Shown one piece after another: positions 1-9,147 of a stretch of DNA of 45,647 nt. The stretch comes from Thelocarpon superellum (taxonomy: Eukaryota), in NCBI GenBank assembly GCA_026025795.1, contig JAPEUG010000002.1, positions 124,001-169,647 on the forward strand, read 5' to 3'. Every line of letters starts with the position of its first letter. Positions within the stretch are counted from its first letter, which is position 1. A program made the translations under genes and the position numbers. Under the pieces are notes generated by a model. That model saw nothing but the letters and a program-made list of their open reading frames with translations. It was not told the DNA's origin and did no database searches.

Positions 1-1256
1 GGCCGTCTCGCTAGTTGGCGAGTGCGGACCCGCCTGGCGATGCGCATACGTAGCCCGTAGGCTGCCCGGCTACGGGACCGCCACGTCGCTCCTTGGCGGC
101 AGATGAGCCCACGGTCCGTACGGTCGTAACCGGGCACAAGCTCAGGCGTCAGCAGTGAACGCTCCTTTCAGCCATCGTGGCGAGGAGGCCTGGGCTGCGC
201 TCACGCTCCCTTTGTCCCGCAGTGGGCTCGAAGCTTCCGGCGCTAAGTCGTTTGTGGCATCTTTCTCCTGGGCGGCTTCGTCTTCATCAGCAGCATCTTC
301 CGGGCCATCTACATCAGTCGGCTGACCAATAGGCCCAGAAGCTTTGACCCATCCGGGTCGAATGTGACCCCGGGGCTTTGGATCGCACCTGTGCCTGCCT
401 CCCTTCGACCTGGCCGCTGGTTGTGATCGTGACCACGAGTCTGCTCTCCTATACGGGAACCTGGCGCCAGCCTCACATTGGGGGGAGTGGCCTTGACCGG
501 AAGCCGGAAAACCGCTACCCATGAGCTCTCGGAAGCGTCGAGCAAGCGAAACCTCAAGGTGACGGAAGTCTCGGAGGGAACTTTGGCCCGACACGGGACA
601 GGAAGGCTTAGCATTCGTTATCCGCGGTCCCCGCTGCTAGCAACTACCAGAGAGCGAGCGATGGCAGGGGCATGGAGCTGGGCGATGAGCACCAATTCTG
701 TATGTAGGACTGAGACTGTACGCTGCGCTGGTCTGGGGCATACATGTACTTACGGAGAGGGAGCGCATGGGCGTCGGGTAGGCCGAGGGACGACGCAATG
801 CTTTGAGACGGAGGAAAAGGAAAGGGAAGGGGAAGCAGGCTGCTGAATGTTGGATGACTTCACTGCACGATATTGATACACACTCGCGAGATGTTTCACC
901 ACTGTGCTCGTCCACATCTTGCGGAATAGCAGGGGCGTATTTCATTACCGGATCCCTAACGGGAGTTCTCCATCTAGGCGAGATATCACGAATACGGAGG
1001 ACTCGTACCGACCACTGCCCCTGCACGTGTTTGTGGATATTTCCATTCACCCATCCATCCATTCTTCTTCTGCACGCCCCGAGTATTCCTACTACTCATA
1101 CCCTACTCGTCTGGACGGGCGTCCTGATGCGTCTACAACACCTGTTCATCCAGTCTAGCTATAATTGACTAGCCAGCGGCCAAGTGTCGCCGGTGGGGGT
1201 GCGGCAGGTCGGGGCGCACGCTACGCTACGCTGTTCGTTCGACTCATCGTGTAAGT

Positions 1257-1269
1257 GAGTGAGTCACTC
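1257..1269. promoter_or_regulatory. Extended AP-1/Gcn4(CpcA)-type pseudo-palindrome GAGTGAGTCACTC
   Basis: TGAGTCA at 1260-1266 with 3 extra symmetric bp on each side. Target gene unclear. Confidence 0.3.
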
Positions 1270-1974
1270 GTACCACCCCACGCCACAATTGTACCACACC
1301 ATATTACTCGTGCGTGAGACGGCGGTACGGGCATTGCTATTCTCCTTACTTGCTATTTAGCTATCTACATGCCGTGTTAGTAGGCTCCCGGAACTTCCCA
1401 CAGATGCAGCAGAACTGCACTTCGAATGAGTGCGGGCACACCTCGGGTGGCGAAGCTGACGCCGAAGCCACTGAACTGCAAAAGCCATGCCGAGCCATGG
1501 TCAAGCCAAGCTACGCTACGCTGCTTTCTAGTTCGTATGTTCCACGTGGACGTTGGTTCGGACGGCTACAGCGCCCTCTACAGCTCTAAATGTGTGGCGT
1601 TGCTACAAAAGCCGAGATGTTGTTTCTGCGGTGCTTACGATGCTGTACTAACCCCCCTGGGACTGACATCTCGTCTTATTGAAGAGGGTAGCTAGATCGG
1701 TCAATCGAGAGGTAGATCGGACACGGATGAGAAAGAAGCAGAAGGAGAAGAAGAAAGTAAGAAGAAGGCAGAGGTGGAACGTTATAATAGCGTCACAGTA
1801 AAGGCCTGCCTTCCTGCTTGCTTGTCTGCTTCCTGGCCCATTCCTACACTTCCTCGACCGTACAACGCCAGTGAAAGTTCCTGTTTTGTAGTAGTTGAGA
1901 TGGTGATACAGAGATGGTAGAGACGTTGTGAAGGCCGGCACCCTGCTCGTATTATGCCCTGAGTCATGTCCGGG

Positions 1975-2890
1975 TCAACGACGGGAAGCGCTATGCGAGG
2001 GGCGTCAGTCAGGGTAGTCAGGGAGCAACAAGGGGCCGACGCACGCCATGCCGCTGATGTCGTCCAGATGATTGCACATGGCCACAAAGAGATCAAAGAA
2101 CATCTTGCCGCCCTGCTCGATCTCGAGCTGCATGGTGCCGCTGCGTTTGAAGGTGCCGCGACTGCGGATGATCAGCGCGAGGTAGTGCGCGCGCATCTTC
2201 GAATCCGTGTCCGGGGTGTTGGCGTAGGCGAAGCGCGCGCTCGCCAGGATCGTCGAGCACTGGATCCCGCTCTGGAGACCCTGCTTGCGGAGCGCGAGCC
2301 GCTTGAGCTCCTCGAGACCGTACTTCTCCGCCGTGCAGTAGATGACGGTGTCCTTGAGCAGGAGGCCGCCCACCCCGTTATGATGCACCGTCGACTCGAC
2401 CGAGCCGCGAGCCGCTCCGCCATCCTCCAGCTCCCAGGTATCCCGCCGCTTGTTGTAGCTGAGACGAGGATAGTAGTCGCCCTTATAGAGGTACTCCAGC
2501 ACCGACGAGAAGATCTCGGCTTCTTCGTCGGGAAGATCGATGCGTCGCGCGTGCGCCTCGTGAAACTGGCCACGGCAAGCAGCGGCGAAGAAGGGCGACA
2601 AGCAGAGCACGTCTTCATGGGCGGCAAAGAGGCGCTGCTCACGACCGACCACGAGGGTGACAATGGCAGACGTCAAGGTGCTGTCGCGGTCAGCGCGGCC
2701 TGAGTCGGGCACCCGGTTGGGTGGAGGGAAGGATAGTGGCTGACCTCCCCAGTGGAGGACTTTCCACTTTCTGCGACTTTTCCCACTCCTTGGTTACGGC
2801 GTGTTCACGAAAGGAGCGTTTATGGCTCCGCGTGGCCTTGTGTGCCCGGTGTCTAGAACTCTCAGCAGGATGCAAACGTCGGCTGAACAT
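1975..2890 (-). CDS. BTB/POZ domain protein (fungal, putative Cul3 adaptor type), 3 exons
   Basis: Exons 2890-2745, 2680-2045, 1990-1975; GT-AG introns 2744-2681 and 2044-1991 with CTGAC branch points join in frame. BTB signature IVTLVVGREQRLFAAHEDVLCLSPFFAAAC...IDLPDEEAEIFSSVLEYLYKGDY...IYCTAEKYGLEELKRLAL. Ends MAASRR*. Confidence 0.9.
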
Positions 2891-4564
2891 AGTCCAGGTA
2901 GGTGGTACAAAGAAGGCCGGTGGGTGGGGTCGAGTCTCAGATCCGGAGTCACGGTCCTGTAACGAGATACCACTCTTCACGGCTCTGCTCGACTAGAAAG
3001 TACAGAAACGCCTCAGGGATCAGGCATCCAAAAGACCAGCACAAGCCCGAGAAAGCGCGGCTCCACGCCCGGGGATGGAGAGGATTCATATAGTCCAGAC
3101 TCGAGTGTTGGGGCCTGCTCCGGGGAGACGCGCCGGATTCCGCAAGTACGTGTTAAGTGGTACGCCTGTTCCTGTGACTCGACACGAAACCACATGACCC
3201 CCTAATCTGACAAAGCTGCGCGGCCGTTGATGGGCGGGTGCGACCTGCAATGGGAGCGCCATCTCTTCCTGCGCGGCTTGGGGCAAGGGAGGCAAGGGTG
3301 CGAACGTTGGCTAGTGAGCGATGGAGCGAAAGGCAAACCAGCCGGGTGTGATAGCGGCACTCGCCATGTCCGAGGGCAACGCAGCGAGGGAAGCTTGAGC
3401 TCGGATGGTCCCTGCTAGCTCCGTTGCTCCGTCACAATCACGCTGCCCTGGCCGCTGAACGACGAGCGCCGCCCGACACTCCGGGCCGTGTGTGGACGGG
3501 CAAGCGAAAGGCAGCGATCCGTATGACTCTTCTCTTTTTTTCGCTGTGCATGAAAGCCCCAACGCTCCCATCATCACCCCACTCCTGGCTGCTGCGTGCT
3601 GCAATTCGAATCGTCGCCCCGGGTCGACGTGGAAGTCGGTCTATTCATCCACCCACCCGCCCGTCCGTACTTCTCCCGTAGCGCCAGCTGCTGAAGCTGG
3701 TGGAGCCCTTAGCTCCGCCGCTCGCTTCCGAGGCGGACCCACCGTAGCGTGGGTGACCACCTCCCTGGGTAGACGACAGCAGCGGTGCTAGTCAGGAACT
3801 CAATTCGCGAAGCCAGGAACGCCACGGGCCACGGGCCACGGCCGGCCGAAGCTCGACGGAGCCAAGGGCTGTGCCAGGCTACGACACCACACTTAGCGCA
3901 GGATCTCGTACTCGCACGCCGGTCGCCGACGCCGACATCGATCGCGGACCCCACACCTCTACTCGTCGCCATCGGAGATGATATCACGTATCTCGATGAC
4001 GAGCCCGAAGAAGCCTGATTAGGCTCCTGCACTGTCTCACGGCGACGGGATGAAGAGTCAACCCTGTGTCATGCTGATATCGACGATGCGGGGCGAGGCT
4101 GAAAATGCATGCGTACTACGGGCCTCCCTCCCCGGGCGCGCCCTTCCCCAAGGTAATGGCGGGCACGCATGGTGCGTCTACTCGTCTAGCGATCCGTATG
4201 GACCGAAAGAAGGCGCCTATGTACGGTACGTGGACTCGCCGTCAGATGGTGTGATGAGGTGGCCGACGGAACATTTTGGCCTCGCGTGATTGCAGGCATG
4301 AGCGAGGCATCCTCGTCGACGTCAGAGACATTGGGCCGGATCATTGCGTGTCCATCGGCATTAGGATTCTCAGAAATGTACAGTTCTCTATGCCATCCAA
4401 TTCAGTCCCTGCGCCGCACTCGACCGATCCATCTTCGTGCTCTCCCATCCTTCCTTGATGCTCTTGTTCAACCGGGATATCCACCCAAAGCGCCAGATCC
4501 TCCGCCCAAGCCACCCGCCGTGCAATGCCACATAAGTACAAGAAAACGACGTGATCGGCCGCGC

Positions 4565-5947
4565 TCACCAGCTGGCGTCGGTGTTCTTGTACGTACACCC
4601 GCACAAGTCAGCCGGCCCACCAGTCGCAAGCCCCATGACCTGATCTCCCGCGTTGCCATTGATCAGCTTGAAGCATTCCGGCACGTCTTCGCCTCCACTG
4701 ATCACCTGCTCGATCTCCACCGCGTAAGGCCAATTCTGAAACGCCGTGCTTTCCGTCGCGGCCGGTGTGCCACTGGGAGCGCTGGCCGCGGACGAGGGCG
4801 ACGACGGTGGGGGGTATTGTTTCGGCATCTTGGTGAAGAGTTCGGCCTGGAAGGTTGTGCCGTTGAACCAGCACGTGGCTAGCGAGTTGTCGTCAGTGAT
4901 GGGTGAGCTAGGCACCACCTCCTTGTCCATGGGCACCTGGAAGCGGTAGCGCTCCGTCGAAAGTCCGGAATCTAGGAGCTCCAGGGGTACGTTGTTGAAG
5001 GTCAGGGCGAAGGGGTTGTTCGACGACGAGATGGTGAACTTGGACAACGCCGACGCCCCCGCGCTCGGCGTGATGATCCAATCGAACGTGGCTTCGGATC
5101 CCATCGCCGACTGATTATACGTCACATACGGAAAGCATCGCCACGCGTTGGGGTTCGAGGTGCAGTTGCTAGCCACGCTGTCGAGGTAGGTGGAGATGGA
5201 ATACGACCCGGCCGGAAAGGGGCCGAGAGGCTTGGCGGTCGGGCTCGGCGAGGGTGTCGACGCTGACGCCTGCGCCGCCATGGCCTTCTCATACTTCTTC
5301 TGCAGCCCGAGGGACAGGCCGACGGCTAGGCCGACGATGATCATCAGGGCGATGGCCAGAATGACACAGAGACGTTTCCATCCGCCGCGTTTCGCAATGT
5401 ACTTGTTGTTGCGCATCTCATGCAGCTTCTCGCCATTAGGCCCGATGACGTCCGTGTAGGGGCTGTAGGGCGGCGGCGGAGCCTCCGCCAGGGAAGAGGC
5501 ATATCCTGCGAGGCCGAGCCGTCTCATCGACGGTCGGTGGTGGGATTTGACCGGGCTCGCCGGTGGGGATTCGGCGTGCTCCATAATGACTTCCAAGCGA
5601 CCGGTGCTTGAGGTGACAGGAATGACGGGCGACGAGGTCAGCGGTCCTGGTCTGGGGGTCGGGATCGGTCCGAGCTTGGGCGACGGTGCGGACTTGGATG
5701 TTGGTCGTGGAGAGGGAGGAGGAGATTCGGTGGCCTTGGAAGGCGACGACATTAAGGTGAAGAGGAACGCCATGATGGCAACGTTGCAGGTGTCGGTGAA
5801 TGAATCACTTTCTTGAACCACGCTGCGTGAGCATCTTACCCGACGCAAGGGCTGTGGTGGGCGAGGCCCAGTCTTAAAAGGCGGTGGTGCACCAAGAGGC
5901 TCGAGCGGGTGGTGGCTGCGCGCCCATCTGCCGAACAGGTCGCTCAT
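4565..5947 (-). CDS. Single-pass (type II-like) membrane protein with Cys-containing C-terminal domain; resembles fungal proteins often auto-annotated 'Tat pathway signal sequence'
   Basis: 460-aa intronless ORF; Pro/Ser-rich N-terminus, PPPPY motif, KRGGWKR followed by hydrophobic LCVILAIALMIIVGLAVGLSLGL, then a globular domain with 6 Cys and N-X-S/T sites. The real start may be the downstream ATG at 5773 (MAFLF). Confidence 0.8.
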   Translation of the reverse strand: MSDLFGRWARSHHPLEPLGAPPPFKTGPRPPQPLRRVRCSRSVVQESDSFTDTCNVAIMAFLFTLMSSPSKATESPPPSPRPTSKSAPSPKLGPIPTPRPGPLTSSPVIPVTSSTGRLEVIMEHAESPPASPVKSHHRPSMRRLGLAGYASSLAEAPPPPYSPYTDVIGPNGEKLHEMRNNKYIAKRGGWKRLCVILAIALMIIVGLAVGLSLGLQKKYEKAMAAQASASTPSPSPTAKPLGPFPAGSYSISTYLDSVASNCTSNPNAWRCFPYVTYNQSAMGSEATFDWIITPSAGASALSKFTISSSNNPFALTFNNVPLELLDSGLSTERYRFQVPMDKEVVPSSPITDDNSLATCWFNGTTFQAELFTKMPKQYPPPSSPSSAASAPSGTPAATESTAFQNWPYAVEIEQVISGGEDVPECFKLINGNAGDQVMGLATGGPADLCGCTYKNTDASW

Positions 5948-6597
5948 CTTGCTTTTAGTGCCAGCGTGCCTGACGACGGTGTCCGTCCGGGTGAAATTGT
6001 TTCCACCAATGAAGCTCTATGAACACGGGGATGTGGCGGGTCGTGCGCTCTAAGAGGCAAAGATCGGCGAAACGCATGCCAATAACGTCACACGGTCACC
6101 CTTCCAGCGGCCGTAGCGCTACCCGTTCTGCCCTTTTAGGATACCTTTGACCCCTTTGGGCGCACTGGTTGGTGGTGGTACAGATCGGCCGGCCAATGGC
6201 CGCTCGCGCCACCTCCGGCTGGTGCCAGGTCCGAGTCGAATGGGGCCGGGCCTTGGAAAAGATCTTCGCTTACCACCCGTGCCAGCCTCCAGCCCGCCAG
6301 CGATGTTGGTCAGACGGAAGGACTGGAGAATAACGCCATGGGCCGAGTAACAGTGTAGGGGTTCTCCCAGTCCGTTTGCCAGGCGAGTACGAAGATGGGT
6401 GCGTGCAACGCACGGAAGTGTGTACCTCGGCGAGAAACCAACGAGCATAAAGCCCTTGCGCACCCATGCCAATGATCGATTTGACGACGAGGATGAGTTT
6501 TGCGGTACCACCCCACAAAGCCACGATGGTTTCTCACTATCTCACTCTCGGGTAGGAAGCTTTTGATCGCAAGTGCGACGTCTCTCGAAGTGGCGAT

Positions 6598-6620
6598 CAA
6601 TTGGCCAATCGGCCAATTGG
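6598..6620. promoter_or_regulatory. CCAAT-box cluster within a perfect 9-bp inverted repeat
   Basis: CAATTGGCC-AATC-GGCCAATTG; four CCAAT/ATTGG pentamers in 23 bp, in the divergent region between the membrane protein and the oxidoreductase. Confidence 0.4.
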
Positions 6621-7480
6621 CCCCAAACGGGCACCTCGCTGTTCTGTTGTCGCAATCAATACCCACGCGCCCTGGATCGTTGCATGGAAAAGACCTTCCC
6701 GTTGCAATCCGCGACCACTCTGTCTGGAACTCCGCATCATCAAGTCCTGACTTCGTCGTGACGAATGAAGTGAACTAGTTCTGCTCGACCACCGTTGTAA
6801 CTCAACCGCTACCTCCCAGATTGCGTGTGTTGCGCGGGGAACGGGTACAGCTAGGCCCACTAAGATTGCGGCCTTTGATCCTCGGATACGCAGGACGCAT
6901 GGCTTCTAGGATGGAGGATGAGAAGAAAGCCGCTCATCACCCAGCTGGTCAGCTACTCACGTGAAATATGAAGATAAGAAGGGGGGTTGAAACCCCTCCA
7001 AGGCGATCGTATGGAAAGTCCGTTTGAAAGGCAACCAATGAGAGTACGGGGCGCTTACGCCGGGGCCGGAGCAAGGTGGAGCGGGATGACGTTGCGACGA
7101 CGCGACTCTTCAAGTAGCCGAGGTACGACATCTACCGCCCCCACCACCTGCACCATGAGAAAGCTACCCCACTCCCTCCCACGGGCAGCCTTCGCGGAGT
7201 GCATAGAATAGGATAGACGCGGGCCTCAGCGGATTCGACCGCGTCTGCCATCTGCCGTTCGCCGGTTTTCGCTATGATGGATTACCAAGCGGACCTCGGC
7301 CGTTGTGGTTACGCCATGATGGTGCGCTTGGACTCTCCCGGTGAAGGCGTCGCGGCCGACGGTGAAGAAGTATATATGCAGGCCATGGCATTGCAAACCT
7401 TCGCCCTTTTCCCCGTAGTCCCCTGACCACTCTGCCTTCCTCTTCCGAGCTGCTACACCCATCCGTACTCGTCCTTCATC

Positions 7481-8674
7481 ATGGTGCAGAACAAAGGTCT
7501 CATCTTCAAAGCGGTGCCAAAGGGTTGGCCCGTTCCGGGGCAAGACCTGGCGGTGGAGACGCGTGAGTTTGACGTCAACCAAGCACCTCCTGCAAAGGGC
7601 ATCACCACGCGGAATTACTACGTGTCCTTCGATCCTTATCAGCGCGGACGAATGCGTCCGGCGGGGACGAAGAGCTATAACGAGCCCTACACCCTCGGGC
7701 GGCCCATCGAGAACGGAGCCATCTCCAAGGTTCTCAAGAGTGACAATGAGAAGTTCAAGCAGGGCGACATCGTCATCCTGGCCGTACCGACGGAGGAGTA
7801 TAGTTCCCTGAGCGAGCCGTGGTTGGCGAAGGCCCGAAAACTGGACAATCCCTATCATCTGGACCCCAAACTCTTCATCGGCCCGCTGGGCATGCCCGGC
7901 TTGACCGCGTACAGCTCATTCTACGACATCGGCAAGCCCAAGAAGGGCGAGACCATCCTCGTGTCGGCCGCGAGCGGCGCCGTGGGTCAGATTGTCGGGC
8001 AGTTGGCCAAGCACGAAGGCTTGACGGTGCTCGGGAGCGTAGGTGACGACAAGAAGTTGGATTTCATCGTCAATGAGCTCGGCTTCGACGGCGGCTTCAA
8101 TTACAAGAAGGAAGCCCCCGCCGATGCGCTGAAGCGTCTGGCGCCGAAAGGACTGGACATTTACTACGAGAATGTGGGTGGCGAGGCCCTCGACGCCGCC
8201 CTGGCGCACATGAAGGACTTTGGTCGGATCGGTACGCTAACCATCCACCCCTCTCGACCATGCCTTCGCGGCCGACTGACCTGTTGGCACAGTAACATGC
8301 GGGATGATCTCGCAGTACAACTTGAAGCCCGAGGAGCAGTACGGGGTCAAGAACATCATCGCGGTCGTTAGTAAGCGCCTGACGATACGCGGATTCATCG
8401 TGACGGACCCAAACATGGGACCGGTCTACTTTGCCGAGCAGCAGAAGAACATGCAAAAGTGGATTCACGAGGGCACCTTCAAGTCCCAATTGGACGTGAC
8501 GGATGGGATCGACCACGCCGTGGACGGATTTCTGGGGATGCTTCAAGGCAAGAACTTTGGGAAGGCGCTGCTGAAGCTGGCTGATCTTGACCCGGTAAGA
8601 CGCCGCCGTCTGGTTTCTTTTGCTCTGCCGACAGCTGATGGTGATAGTGACAGGGCTCCCCGACGAAGCTATGA
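7481..8674 (+). CDS. NADP-dependent oxidoreductase, MDR superfamily (alkenal/prostaglandin reductase-like), 3 exons
   Basis: Exons 7481-8231, 8293-8594, 8654-8674; introns 8232-8292 and 8595-8653. Motifs SFDPYQRGRM, LGMPGLTAY, VSAASGAVGQIVGQLAK, GLDIYYENVGG, GRIVTCGMISQYN, GKNFGK. An alternative acceptor at 8647 would end the CDS at 8650 (see findings). Confidence 0.93.
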
Positions 8675-8919
8675 ATGTAGATGCCTCTGACCGTGAAGAT
8701 GATGGGATCTACCGACAATGTTCGGAGAGCTGGAGTAACTCCATAACTTGCGAACAAAATGATTGGACCGGTTTTCATCCTCTTTGTTGTGTGAAGCCCG
8801 GGGACTTAGCCCAGACTCGGAAACCCTGAGAAGGCTCGCTCGTTAGTTGGAGTTGGCGCGACGAGTGGAAAATGTTAAACTTTGCTTGACGCCACGGTGC
8901 GTCGTAGAAGTACGAAAAA

Positions 8920-8958
8920 GTACGAAGAACTCCGTACGAAGAACTCCGTACTCCGTAC
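8920..8958 (+). repeat. Short tandem duplication (GTACGAAGAACTCC)x2 + GTACTCCGTAC upstream of HIS4
   Basis: Units at 8920-8933 and 8934-8947; ACTCCGTAC occurs at 8929, 8943 and 8950. Confidence 0.75.
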
Positions 8959-9147
8959 CATCCAGACTACGGATTCCTCGTAGCGATGTCGGACCCAAGA
9001 CTGACCCCACCATGTCAGTGGAACAGAGAACCTAGGGCTGAACATGGACTTCCGCATTGATTGATCCGCCATATCCACACAAAATACCCTCGTTCACACG
9101 TTCATCCGCTCTGTCAAGGGATAGACGCCGACGGCTTGATAAAGGAG

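Noticed and set aside
1966..2703. 245-aa plus-strand ORF and the many similar long antisense ORFs over MAS1, UTP11, PAH1, RPB1, SWD1 and the membrane gene
   Set aside because: They mirror real genes on the opposite strand; strong GC3 codon bias removes antisense stops, and the translations show no family motifs.
3000..4560. Short ORFs between the BTB gene and the membrane protein gene (e.g. 3785-4018)
   Set aside because: No recognisable motifs, mostly non-ATG starts, and no consistent exon chain could be built.
8595..8690. ORF-track C-terminus VRRRRLVSF...CRCL of the oxidoreductase
   Set aside because: It reads through a clear intron (GTAAGA donor, GCTGAT branch); the spliced ends are more plausible.
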